A DNA stretch of 64,000 nucleotides from Candidatus Dormiibacterota bacterium (GTDB taxonomy: Bacteria; Chloroflexota; Dormibacteria; Aeolococcales; Aeolococcaceae). The DNA lies in assembly GCA_963718525.1 (NCBI GenBank), contig OY970355.1, positions 2,304,001 to 2,368,000 of the forward strand, written 5' to 3'. Shown here one piece after another: positions 48,196 through 57,653 of the stretch; within the stretch, counting starts at the first letter, position 1, and each line of letters opens with the position of its first letter. The position numbers were made by a program, and so were the translations under genes. A model generated the notes under the pieces. It had not been told where the DNA came from. It worked only from the letters and a program-made list of their open reading frames with translations, and searched no databases.

Positions 48196-48861
48196 ATGGA
48201 ATTGACGATCATCGCAGCGACCGGTGGCGTGGGCCATCTGATCCTTGAACAGGCTGTCGAATCCGGTCATCACGTCACCGCGGTGGCGCGTCATCCCGAG
48301 CGCCTCGACCGTCGCGCTCGTGCGGTGCAGGTCGACTTCTTGCATCCCGATACAGCGGCGTTGCGAAGCGCGATTGAGGGAGCAGATGCCGTCGTGTCAG
48401 CGCTTGGCCCGCAGAATGCAGGCGACGCCGGCATCACATGGCGCGGCACCCAGTCGATCGTGGACGCGATGCTCGCCACAGGCACGCGGCGCATCGTTGT
48501 GATCAGCGCTGCACCGGTGGCGACCACGCCGTCGCCCGGTCGCCCGAACCCGCCGAACCACGATCCCGGCGACGGGTTCTTCACTCGACACCTGGCCATG
48601 CCGATCATCAAGCGGGTGCTCGGCAAGGTGTACATGGACCTTGCGCAGATGGAAGACATCCTTCGCGAGAGTGATCTCGAGTGGACTGCGTTGCGGCCGC
48701 CCCGTCTGACCAACAAGCCTCGTACCGGCACCTATCGGACGGCACACGGACAGAACGTGCGCCGCGGTCTGACGATATCGCGGGCCGATCTCGCTGATGC
48801 CATGCTGCGCGCGATCGGCGACGCAGAGTCGTTCAAAACCACCGTGGGGGTGGCGTACTAG
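48196..48861 (+). CDS. NAD(P)H-binding flavin reductase-like protein
   Basis: AATGGVG, LEWTALRPPRL, ISRADLA. Confidence 0.88.
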   Translation: MELTIIAATGGVGHLILEQAVESGHHVTAVARHPERLDRRARAVQVDFLHPDTAALRSAIEGADAVVSALGPQNAGDAGITWRGTQSIVDAMLATGTRRIVVISAAPVATTPSPGRPNPPNHDPGDGFFTRHLAMPIIKRVLGKVYMDLAQMEDILRESDLEWTALRPPRLTNKPRTGTYRTAHGQNVRRGLTISRADLADAMLRAIGDAESFKTTVGVAY

Positions 48862-48939
48862 TCCTCTTCGCCGGGCGAGCGAGGGTCACGATGCGCCATC
48901 GGAGGACGGCATATTGGGACCGCCGGGTAGCCTGGCTTG

Positions 48940-50337
48940 GTGCTGCAACGTCTGACGATATCGCGGATCCTCGGTGTCCTGGCCGTGGTGCTGTGGCTGG
49001 GCGTGGTGATTCCGATCGCGAGCATCGAGATCTCGCTGCTCATCTCGCCGGCGCAAAACGTCGAGGCCGGGGGGCAGTCGCTGGCGCTGAGCGCCGGACC
49101 CTCGGTGTCGACGTCCGGACCGGGAACCCTCGAACTCTTCGGGCAGGCCATCCCCACCACCCAGCAGTTCTCTGGACCGATCCGGCCGCGCCTGCTCTGG
49201 GCCGAGGTCACCCACTACGACCAATTGCTCCAGGCATTGCGCGAGCCGGAACACCTTGGCCAGGATCTTCGCGGCGGCTGGAGCGCGTACTTCACGCGCG
49301 AGCTGCTCATCGCCGTGGCCGTCGCCGTGGTACTTGCTGCACTCGGCTTCGCGCTGCTGCGACGGCGCTGGCAGCTTATCGTGATGGCGATGGTCGTGGC
49401 CGGTGTGGTCACGGGTGTGGTCGGTGCGAGCGCGATCGGCAGCGCAGCACAGGGCTTGCAACAGCTCTCCCAGGTGCGCACGCTCGACCAGCTCGTGGGT
49501 CGTGCGCCGCTTGCCGTCGATGCGGCCAACCCCAGAGGGTCGAACCCACCCGCGAGCACCGTCGTCATCGGTGACTCGACTGCGGCAGGTGCGGGGAATC
49601 CGCCGGTCCCACATGCCACTGCAGAGGACATCGCATGCCGGCGCAGCAGCGACAGTTACGCGGTCGATATCGCGGGGGTGAACCACACCTCGGTGGTCAA
49701 TCTCGCGTGCACCAATGCGTCGATCGAGAATGGCCTGTTCGGGAGCGAGTTCATCAACGGCGTGGTCGTGCCGTCCCAGCTTGGGAAATTGGAGGCGATG
49801 CACGGTGTCAAGACCGTGATCGTCAGCATCGGCGCCAACGAGATGCACTGGACACAGCTGATGGAGTTGTGCTTGGTGGCGCCGCAATGTGATGACACCG
49901 CGTCGGCTGCGTGGTTTCTTCAGGCGCTCGACAGCTTCACCATCGATTACTACGACCTGCTCCAGCGACTGGCGGCGCTCCCAGGGTTGCCCCGGGTCAT
50001 CGTCAACGAGTACTACGACCCGGTCCCCGCACAACCGGCCTGCACCGATCAGCCGGCAGTCACCGCTGCCAAAGCGTCGGTGCTGATGAGCAGGTTGACG
50101 ACCTTCAATACCGTGCTCGCCGACGGTGCCGCCAGCTTCGGGTTCGACGCCGTCGCACCGAGCTTCGCGGGCCACGAACTCTGCACGGCGCAATCGTTCG
50201 TGCAGGGTCTGAGCGACCCCGCGCCGCTGCATCCCAACGCGGCGGGGGAGATCGCCATCGCGCTGGCCGACGAGCAGGCGCTGTTGAACCCTGAACCGCC
50301 GCGCCCGACCAGCGCCGCATCCCCGAGTCCCTCGTAA
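48940..50337 (+). CDS. Membrane-anchored SGNH/GDSL hydrolase
   Basis: 3 TM helices; IGDS, SIGANE, LHPNAAG; TAGCCT 6 nt before GTG 48940. Confidence 0.85.
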   Translation: MLQRLTISRILGVLAVVLWLGVVIPIASIEISLLISPAQNVEAGGQSLALSAGPSVSTSGPGTLELFGQAIPTTQQFSGPIRPRLLWAEVTHYDQLLQALREPEHLGQDLRGGWSAYFTRELLIAVAVAVVLAALGFALLRRRWQLIVMAMVVAGVVTGVVGASAIGSAAQGLQQLSQVRTLDQLVGRAPLAVDAANPRGSNPPASTVVIGDSTAAGAGNPPVPHATAEDIACRRSSDSYAVDIAGVNHTSVVNLACTNASIENGLFGSEFINGVVVPSQLGKLEAMHGVKTVIVSIGANEMHWTQLMELCLVAPQCDDTASAAWFLQALDSFTIDYYDLLQRLAALPGLPRVIVNEYYDPVPAQPACTDQPAVTAAKASVLMSRLTTFNTVLADGAASFGFDAVAPSFAGHELCTAQSFVQGLSDPAPLHPNAAGEIAIALADEQALLNPEPPRPTSAASPSPS

Positions 50338-50405
50338 GCTGGGGCGCGACGTTTACAGGGGCACGTCGCTCGGCGTGTCGTACCGCACCACGGAGGGAGT
50401 CGCAC

Positions 50406-50831
50406 GTGGCGTTCGAACTGGAGTCGTTTGATTACCACGGCGCGCTGGTGGTGATCGAGACCGATGCCGGTGAGATCGTGTTCATCCATCCGTCCGGCGG
50501 CGATCCGGGCGCCTCCGCGTCACTCCCCAGCAATCCGTGCGAGCCGGGAGAGCCGCCTGAGGCCGCCGCCCTTCGTATGGCGAGGGAGATGACCGGGCTC
50601 GACGTCGCAGTGGTCCGCGAATTCGTCACGTTCATTCAGCCGGGCACGCCGACGGGCACGATGCTGGCGCATGGCTACGTGGCCCGCGCCATCGGCGGGT
50701 CGCTGTTCGAGACCGGGCCCGAGGGTCCCGTGCGCGCGTATCCGATCGATGCGCTTCCATCGATCATTCCGGTCCGAGTGGCGAACCGGCGCGTGCTCGA
50801 CGCCTACCTGGAGCTGCGCGGTCGAGGCTGA
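50406..50831 (+). CDS. NUDIX-fold protein with degenerate Nudix box
   Basis: EPGEPPEAAALRMAREMTGL (RE/EE replaced); RBS GGAGGGAG. Confidence 0.7.
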   Translation: MAFELESFDYHGALVVIETDAGEIVFIHPSGGDPGASASLPSNPCEPGEPPEAAALRMAREMTGLDVAVVREFVTFIQPGTPTGTMLAHGYVARAIGGSLFETGPEGPVRAYPIDALPSIIPVRVANRRVLDAYLELRGRG

Positions 50832-50907
50832 GGGCCCGCGCCATCCAGGCGATCTCCGCCCCTATCGTGCAGGCGGATGAACTCGAGGCGATCCGCCGGC
50901 GAGGGCC

Positions 50908-52005
50908 GTGACCGCAGCAGGCTTCACGGTCTTCCTCCTGCTCGGGATCGTGATCGCGTCCTACGGACCGTCAATTCCGCATATCACCCGGCAGTTCGAT
51001 GTGAGCGTGAGTGTCGCGGGCCTGATCGTCACCGCGAACTTTCTCGGCGAGGTCGTCGGGCTCATGGCGCTGGGGCTGACCCATGCTCGATGGCGCCTCG
51101 GGCAGCGCCTCACGGTCAGCGCGTTGCTCTTTGGCGTCGGGCTGCTCGCCGCGGCGGTGGCGCCCAGTTGGGCGTTGCTGCTCCTGTCCGTCTTCGCGCT
51201 CGGCGTCGGCGCGGGGGGTCTCGTTGTGCTCATCAACCTGTACTACGCAACGAGATACGGACGCCGCAGCCCTGCGATGGTGAGCCTGGTCAACACGGCG
51301 TATGGCACGGGCACATTCATCGGGCCCGCCGCCGTCGCCGTGACACGTGGGTACGCGGGCGTGTATGCCGCTGTCGGCGTGGGTGTGCTCGCCTGCGTGG
51401 TGTTCCTCCGACGAGCTGTGGACGAAGCGGACTCCTCGGAGCTCGCACCGCCGGTGCTGAACGCGCGGACGCTGGGTCTCGTCATCGCCTTCGCGGTGTT
51501 GCTCTTTCTCTATGAGGGGCTCGAAGCCGGTATCGGAAGCTGGGAAGCGACCGACCTTGTGAGCCTCGGCTCGTCGGCACAATTCGGTGCTGCCGCAACA
51601 TCGGCGTTCTGGGGAGCGTTCACCCTCGGACGCGTGCTCACCGCGCCGCTGGCGGTGCGCTGGCCGCCGCAGCGAATCCTCGTGCCCTCGTTCGTGATCA
51701 GCACGTTGCTGCTCTTCGGCATCCGAGCGCACCTCTCGCCACCCGTGATGTTCGCCTTCGTTGGGCTCTGCGCCGCGCCGGTCTTTCCCGTCGTCCTGTC
51801 GTGGATGACCCGGGTGATCCCCAACGCTACGACCCTGGTGACCTACGCCATCCTCGGCGCTGTCATCGGCAGTGCGCTGGTTCCGGCGGCGCTAGGTGGA
51901 CTGATCGGTCTGGCGGGTGCCGTGCAACTGCCACTTGGCGTCGCCGTGTGCGCGGTGGCGTCCCTCGGCATGGTCGGCGTCATCTCGCTGCGGCTCCGGA
52001 CGTGA
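50908..52005 (+). CDS. MFS transporter (FucP/TsgA-like)
   Basis: About 12 TM helices; GPSIPHI, LFLYEGLEAGIGSW, FWGAFTLGR, APVFP. Confidence 0.85.
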   Translation: MTAAGFTVFLLLGIVIASYGPSIPHITRQFDVSVSVAGLIVTANFLGEVVGLMALGLTHARWRLGQRLTVSALLFGVGLLAAAVAPSWALLLLSVFALGVGAGGLVVLINLYYATRYGRRSPAMVSLVNTAYGTGTFIGPAAVAVTRGYAGVYAAVGVGVLACVVFLRRAVDEADSSELAPPVLNARTLGLVIAFAVLLFLYEGLEAGIGSWEATDLVSLGSSAQFGAAATSAFWGAFTLGRVLTAPLAVRWPPQRILVPSFVISTLLLFGIRAHLSPPVMFAFVGLCAAPVFPVVLSWMTRVIPNATTLVTYAILGAVIGSALVPAALGGLIGLAGAVQLPLGVAVCAVASLGMVGVISLRLRT

Positions 52006-52007
52006 GC

Positions 52008-52757
52008 TCAGGGTTCCGGCGCAGTCGCCACGACGGCGACCCAGAGAATTCGGTCGCCCTTCTGCAACGTCGCGAGTGCCGGGATGCCGTCGGTCACCTG
52101 CCCGAAGATGTCGTAGTTGCGGCCGACGCCGCTGCTGTTGCCCGTACTCATGAAGAACTGGCTGCCCATGGTTCCCGGGCTGGTGCTGTACATGGCAACC
52201 GCACCGAAGAGGTACTCACCGACGACAGCATCCGATTTCAGGGAGTAGCCCGGGCCGCCCGTGCCCGTGCTGGTGGGATCGCCGGTCAGCGCCAGCGACG
52301 CCTGCCCGGGGCACGGTGTGCCCGCGGCGTCGGGGCACACCTGGTAGAACGAGAGACCGTCGTAGAAACCCCGCTGCGCGAGGTACACGAAGTCATTGAC
52401 GGCCTTCGGGGCGAACTCCGGGCGCAACCGCATGGAGATGACGCCGCGGCTCGTCGAGATGTACGCGCAATAGCCGGTGTTGCGCTTGATCACCGCGCTC
52501 GGTGCAGCAGTGTAGTCGCGTAACGGACTGATGACGGCTGCGTGCGCGGGCGGTCCCGGACATGTCACAGCCGTCTGGATCGAAGCGAGATGCGTCGGAT
52601 TCGAGGGGGCGACTGCAGTGCTGCAACCGGTAATCACGACTCCCGCGCACGCGATCGATATCAGGTATCGAGACTTAATCAGGTATCGAGACTTAGGAAT
52701 TAGCGTGGTGAGTGATCCCTGTTGCGGCATTGGCGACACAGTGTATGCAGTATTCAT
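52008..52757 (-). CDS. Cyclophilin-type PPIase-fold lipoprotein with degenerate active site
   Basis: Lipobox ITGC; [43 protein letters not shown]; canonical FHRV reads FYQV. Confidence 0.85.
   Translation of the reverse strand: MNTAYTVSPMPQQGSLTTLIPKSRYLIKSRYLISIACAGVVITGCSTAVAPSNPTHLASIQTAVTCPGPPAHAAVISPLRDYTAAPSAVIKRNTGYCAYISTSRGVISMRLRPEFAPKAVNDFVYLAQRGFYDGLSFYQVCPDAAGTPCPGQASLALTGDPTSTGTGGPGYSLKSDAVVGEYLFGAVAMYSTSPGTMGSQFFMSTGNSSGVGRNYDIFGQVTDGIPALATLQKGDRILWVAVVATAPEP
52660..52695. repeat. Perfect 18-bp tandem duplication ATCAGGTATCGAGACTTA x2
   Basis: Gives [12 protein letters not shown] in the signal-peptide n-region. Confidence 0.9.
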
Positions 52758-52917
52758 GGATTCGCACCATGCTGTGTACTGCAGCGGACATATAGCGAGA
52801 AATCGTTGGTACGCAAGGCAACATAGAATGTTCCGAAGCTGCGATGCACTTGACTTTACTGGGCGTAGCTCGCAAGCTCCAGCACGAGGGGTCTCGTTGC
52901 TACGACGGAGGCCGGTA

Positions 52918-54573
52918 GTGGATCACGTTCGAAACCAAGACCAGAATGGAGGGCATCGACGTTGGTTCGTCGGCGCCGGATTATCATTACCGCTGGCGTT
53001 AGCGTTGTCGCAGACTCTGCCTGCGCACGCCACCGCGCCAGTACAGAGTGCGTTCACACCGGTGACACCGGTGCGCGCTCTTGACAGCCGTCTAACGGGA
53101 CAGGCTGCGTATCACCTGAGCGGGTCGAACGAGACCGACACGTGGCAGGTGACTGGTGCAAACGGCATCCCGTCGGGAGCAACAGCCATCGTGCTGAACC
53201 TCACCGTCACCAACGTCACCGCGCCGTCGTTCCTTGCGGCGTATCCAGCTGCCGCGGGATCGCCTCCGGGGGTCTCGAACATCAACACCACCCCCGGGAA
53301 GACGGTGAACAGCACCGTCGTCGTGCAGTTGAGCACGGGTGGGGCAATCGACATCTTCAACCAGGCCGGAAGCGCTGACATCATCCTCGACTACTTCGGC
53401 TACTACGCCGCCGTGACCACCACCGCCGGACCGACTGGTCCGACCGGAGCGACGGGCGCGGCTGGGCCGCAGGGCGCAGCCGGGCCGCAGGGTCCAGCCG
53501 GTGCACAGGGTGTTGCCGGAGCCGCGGGAGCACAGGGCGTTCCCGGAGATACAGGAGCGCAGGGCGTTCCCGGAGACACAGGAGCGCAGGGCGTTCCCGG
53601 AGACACAGGAGCGCAGGGCGTTCCCGGAGACACAGGAGCGCAGGGTGTTGCCGGGCCGACCGGTGATGCCGGACCGACTGGATCCGCCGGGCCGACAGGT
53701 AGTGACGGAGCTACGGGAGCACAGGGCATCGCTGGACCGACCGGCGCGTCAGGAGCTACCGGAGCGACGGGACCAATCGGGCCATCGGGTGGACCGATCG
53801 GACCTACAGGCGCGACGGGTGCTGCTGGGGCAACGGGAGCGACCGGGGCCACTGGAGCTGATGGAGCTACAGGCGCCGGCGGAGCAACGGGTGCCGCTGG
53901 ACCTGCCGGGAACACCGGAGCCACCGGAGCTGTCGGACCCACCGGATCTGTTGGACCTGCCGGAATCGCCGGACCGACCGGAGCCAGTGGTGCGACGGGC
54001 ATCGCGGGACCAACCGGGTCGACCGGGCCTGCCGGTAACACCGGAGCGACGGGCGCCGTCGGAGCTGGTGGGCCGACCGGACCTACCGGAAGCGTCGGAC
54101 CGACCGGACCAATCGGAACCACAGGAGCGGCCGGAGCCACCGGGACGACCGGAGCTGCGGGCGCAACCGGAACCGCGGGCGCGACCGGGACCACTGGAGA
54201 AACCGGACCCGCCGGCGCTAGCGGAGCGACCGGTGTTGCCGGACCGACCGGATCGGCCGGAGCCACAGGATCGACCGGTGCTGCGGGAGCGACCGGCGCG
54301 ACCGGCGCAACGGGAGCTATCGCGATCTACAGCGCCACCTCGACGCTGCTTACTAACACCCACGCGGTGGTAGGAACGGGTAACTCCGGTACGGCCGTCG
54401 CCCTCACCGGCCTTGCGGCGCCCTTTACGTCCGCGACCACTTACACCTGCTACGGGTCGGACAACGCGAGCCCGCCGGTTAGCGTGGTCTTCACCTACTC
54501 GTCGGGCGCGGCATTCACTCCGAATAGCTCAAGCCCTGGCGACGCCATCCGATTCATCTGCATCGGTAACTAA
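52918..54573 (+). CDS. Secreted collagen-like protein (about 99 Gly-X-Y triplets) between N- and C-terminal beta domains
   Basis: RBS GGAGG and GTG 52918; signal peptide ending AHA; TPVRALDSR...[10 protein letters not shown] domain; GXY run 53428-54321 rich in GPT/GAT with one GPSGGP break; C-terminal domain with 2 Cys. Confidence 0.92.
   Translation: MDHVRNQDQNGGHRRWFVGAGLSLPLALALSQTLPAHATAPVQSAFTPVTPVRALDSRLTGQAAYHLSGSNETDTWQVTGANGIPSGATAIVLNLTVTNVTAPSFLAAYPAAAGSPPGVSNINTTPGKTVNSTVVVQLSTGGAIDIFNQAGSADIILDYFGYYAAVTTTAGPTGPTGATGAAGPQGAAGPQGPAGAQGVAGAAGAQGVPGDTGAQGVPGDTGAQGVPGDTGAQGVPGDTGAQGVAGPTGDAGPTGSAGPTGSDGATGAQGIAGPTGASGATGATGPIGPSGGPIGPTGATGAAGATGATGATGADGATGAGGATGAAGPAGNTGATGAVGPTGSVGPAGIAGPTGASGATGIAGPTGSTGPAGNTGATGAVGAGGPTGPTGSVGPTGPIGTTGAAGATGTTGAAGATGTAGATGTTGETGPAGASGATGVAGPTGSAGATGSTGAAGATGATGATGAIAIYSATSTLLTNTHAVVGTGNSGTAVALTGLAAPFTSATTYTCYGSDNASPPVSVVFTYSSGAAFTPNSSSPGDAIRFICIGN
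53527..53645 (+). repeat. 27-bp tandem repeat (GAQGVPGDT x4) inside the collagen gene
   Basis: GGAGCGCAGGGCGTTCCCGGAGACACA units, near-identical at DNA level. Confidence 0.9.
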
Positions 54574-54757
54574 CACGATGCACACGGTCACTTCACTGGA
54601 CTGATCGCAACGGCTCGGGTACGTCCCGCCCCTGGCACGGCGTCGTGCACAGGTGGCGGGGCGGCCCGGGCCAGCGCTCGAATATTTCGATTTGATGGAC
54701 TCCGAACTGACTGCAACGCATGACAGCTGCGGCACAGCGCCGGCGTTCCCACGGCGC

Positions 54758-55330
54758 GTGATTGCGCTGCGGAAGCACCCGCTGGCGGCACTGGCGCTCG
54801 CGCCGGTGCTCGCGGGCATCGCGGCTTGCGGGTCCTCCCCGGCGACGCCGGCACAGGCTGCGGCAACGCTCGTGACGCAGGGGCTCAAAGCGCAACTCTC
54901 GGACGATCTTGCGACCGCGGCGAGTGATTACCAGCAGGCGATTCACGTCGACGGCAGCAACATGGTCGCTCACTACGACCTCGGCACTGTGTTCGATCAG
55001 CAGCGCAGCACTGCAGCAGCTGTCACGCAGTACCAGGCCGCGCTGGTCATCAACCCCGCCTTCCCCGACGCACTTTTCAACCTTGCTGTGGACACGGCCG
55101 GCACCAATCCGCTGAGCGCCACGGTCCTGTACAGCAGGGTGGTTGCGCTGCAGCCGACGTTTGCGGCGGCATGGCTCAACCTGGGTTTCGCGCTGATGAG
55201 CCAGGGTCAGCCAGCGCAGGCGCGGGCAGACTGGGCAAAGGCAATCGCGCTCGACCCCACCCTGGCATCGCGCCTTCCCAAGGCGACACCGACGCCGTCT
55301 CCGTCGCCGACCGCTACTCCCAAGCCGTAG
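54758..55330 (+). CDS. TPR-repeat lipoprotein
   Basis: Lipobox IAAC; TPR units AHYDLG, ALFNLA, AWLNLG...AIALDP; PT/PS tail; start reset to GTG 54758. Confidence 0.88.
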   Translation: MIALRKHPLAALALAPVLAGIAACGSSPATPAQAAATLVTQGLKAQLSDDLATAASDYQQAIHVDGSNMVAHYDLGTVFDQQRSTAAAVTQYQAALVINPAFPDALFNLAVDTAGTNPLSATVLYSRVVALQPTFAAAWLNLGFALMSQGQPAQARADWAKAIALDPTLASRLPKATPTPSPSPTATPKP

Positions 55331-55358
55331 CCCGGCGCGCACCGCACGGACGATCGCG

Positions 55359-57653
55359 TTGCCACACGCCGGATATCGACAGACGAAGACCCGCGTACGG
55401 GGTGAGCGCGCACTGATCGGGTCGATACGGCCACAACCGCGCAGCGTGAGCACTGCGCCCGCGGCAGTTGCCGTCACACCAAGGCGCAGACACTCCTGGT
55501 GGCATCTCGCCCCTTGGCTCTTCGTCGCGGGCGCCTGCGCATTCGGTCTGGTAACGCTCGCGGGTGAGTTGGCGGTCGTCCAGCCGGTCAACGACGAGAC
55601 GTTTCACTACGAGATGGTGCGGTGGGCCGTGCAACAGATTCAGCACGGCAATGCGCTCCCGCTCGACGGCTGGTTTCCCTATCTGAACCTCGGGGTGGCC
55701 CAGTTCTCCCATTACCAGAGCCTGCCGCACCTGGTCACCGCGTACTTCTCGCTGATCTTCGGCACCGGCACCACCGAGCGGTGGGCGGGATATCTTGTGT
55801 TCGCGCTCTTCCCGATCAGCATGTATGCCGGCAGCAGGCTGCTTGGGTGGTCGTCATGGGCCGCCGGCGGCGCCGCACTCGTGTCGCCGCTGCTGGTCAG
55901 CGTCACAGGGTACGGCTACGAGTCGTTCAGCTACACCTGGCTGGGGAACGGGCTCTGGTCGCAGGAGTGGGGCATGTTCCTGCTCCCGCTCGCATGGGGC
56001 TTCTCGTGGCGAGCGATCAACGGCACGGGGCGAGGGCTGTATGCGCTTGCGGCTCTGGCTGTCGGACTCACGATCGCCATGCATTTCCTCACCGGGTATT
56101 TCGCGCTGCTGTCGATCGGCGTCTTCGCGATCGTGGTCTGGAGAGGGCTGCTACCGCGCCTTGGACGTGCGGCACTCGTCTTCGGCGGCGCGGCCCTCGT
56201 CGCATCCTGGGTGGTGGTGCCGTTGATCACGGACGCCGCGTACTTCAATGCCAGTGAGTTCAACACCAACACGTTCTGGTTGAACTCCTGGGGTGCGCCG
56301 CAGGTGCTCGGCTGGCTGTTCACGGGTCAGATTTTCGACGCGGGCAGATTTCCGATCGTGAGCCTGCTCGTGGCTCTCGGCACCGGTGTCTGCGTGTGTC
56401 GTTTTCGCAGTGATGTTCGAGCCCGAGCGCTGCTCGGACTCCTGGCACTCAGCCTGGTGTTGTTCTCCGGGCGATCGACATTCGGGTTGATCCTGAACCT
56501 GCTGCCGGGGAACAGCGACCTGTATCTCCACCGCTACATCATGGGAGTCCAACTGTCCGGCGTGATCCTCGCCGGCGTGGGTCTCGCGTGGGCAGGTGAA
56601 CGCGTTCTTTCCCTTGTGCGCGGGTGGAAGCCGCGCGTCCGAGTGGTGCCGGTCATCGCGGGACTCATGGGTGCGGCGGTCCTGCTCACGCTGCCTGCAT
56701 GGTTCGACCGCGCCACCTACGCCGCGACGGATAACACGAGCATCTCGCTGCAGGTCGAAAATGACCAGACGGATGGGGCTGCGCTCGATGTGCTCATCAA
56801 CGACATCAACAGCCGAGGCGGCGGACGCGCGTATGCAGGCCTGCCCGGGAACTGGGGACGGCAGTACGAGATCGGTCAGGTCCCGGTGTACGAATACCTT
56901 GCGGACCACAGCGTCGACGAGTTCGGGTACGTGCTGCGCACGCCGTCGATCGTTGCCGACAATGAGGCGTACTTCAACGAACACGACCCCGCGCAGTATC
57001 AGCTCTACAACGTCCGGTACATCCTTACGCCGAGCGGGATGGCGCCCCCGGTTCCGGCAACGCTGATCGCGTCCAGCGGACGCCATCGGCTGTGGCTGGT
57101 TGCCACAACCGGATACATCCAGGTCGTCGACACTGCGGGAGTCGTCGAAGCCGACCGCACTGACATGGCCTCACAGATGCAGCCCTTCCTGCGATCGGCA
57201 GCGTTTCGATCCGGCGAGCTGGCGACGGTTGCATACGACGGAGGCGCGCCGGCGACACCGACGCTCCCCATCGATGCAGCTCCAACCACACCGGCGGGTT
57301 CCAGCACCGACGTGTTCGTCGAAACCCAGAACGGTTACTTCGCCGGTGACGTGACCGCGAACCGGACCGCGGCGGTGGTGTTGAAGGCGACATTCGATCC
57401 CCGTTGGCACGTCATCGTGGACGGGAAGCCTGCGGTGCCATACATGGTCGTGCCCGGGTTTGTCGCCGTCACCGTGGGACCCGGTCGGCACGTCGTCGTC
57501 TTCCAGTACGTCGCGTACTCGCATTACGCGTTGCTGCTCGGTATCGGCGGACTCACCCTGGCCGGCCTCGGGTTTGGCCCGTGGCTCTGGCGATCGAGGG
57601 GCCGGCGCTGGTGGTTGCGGCTCCTCGGTCAGCGGAGACGGGCACAACCGTGA
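55359..57653 (+). CDS. GT-C-fold (YfhO/PMT-like) multi-TM glycosyltransferase
   Basis: Acidic NDE motif after TM1, WFPYLNLG...FSHYQ, about 12 TM helices, YfhO-like FDPRWHVIVDG...VGPGRHVVVFQY; start uncertain. Confidence 0.75.
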   Translation: MPHAGYRQTKTRVRGERALIGSIRPQPRSVSTAPAAVAVTPRRRHSWWHLAPWLFVAGACAFGLVTLAGELAVVQPVNDETFHYEMVRWAVQQIQHGNALPLDGWFPYLNLGVAQFSHYQSLPHLVTAYFSLIFGTGTTERWAGYLVFALFPISMYAGSRLLGWSSWAAGGAALVSPLLVSVTGYGYESFSYTWLGNGLWSQEWGMFLLPLAWGFSWRAINGTGRGLYALAALAVGLTIAMHFLTGYFALLSIGVFAIVVWRGLLPRLGRAALVFGGAALVASWVVVPLITDAAYFNASEFNTNTFWLNSWGAPQVLGWLFTGQIFDAGRFPIVSLLVALGTGVCVCRFRSDVRARALLGLLALSLVLFSGRSTFGLILNLLPGNSDLYLHRYIMGVQLSGVILAGVGLAWAGERVLSLVRGWKPRVRVVPVIAGLMGAAVLLTLPAWFDRATYAATDNTSISLQVENDQTDGAALDVLINDINSRGGGRAYAGLPGNWGRQYEIGQVPVYEYLADHSVDEFGYVLRTPSIVADNEAYFNEHDPAQYQLYNVRYILTPSGMAPPVPATLIASSGRHRLWLVATTGYIQVVDTAGVVEADRTDMASQMQPFLRSAAFRSGELATVAYDGGAPATPTLPIDAAPTTPAGSSTDVFVETQNGYFAGDVTANRTAAVVLKATFDPRWHVIVDGKPAVPYMVVPGFVAVTVGPGRHVVVFQYVAYSHYALLLGIGGLTLAGLGFGPWLWRSRGRRWWLRLLGQRRRAQP

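Noticed and set aside
53527-53645. 27-bp repeats as a CRISPR array
   Set aside because: No spacers, in-frame coding repeat, no cas genes in the window.
53403-54373. Long Pro/Arg/Ser-rich ORFs in alternative frames over the collagen gene
   Set aside because: Shadow frames of the Gly-X-Y repeat; no independent start signals.
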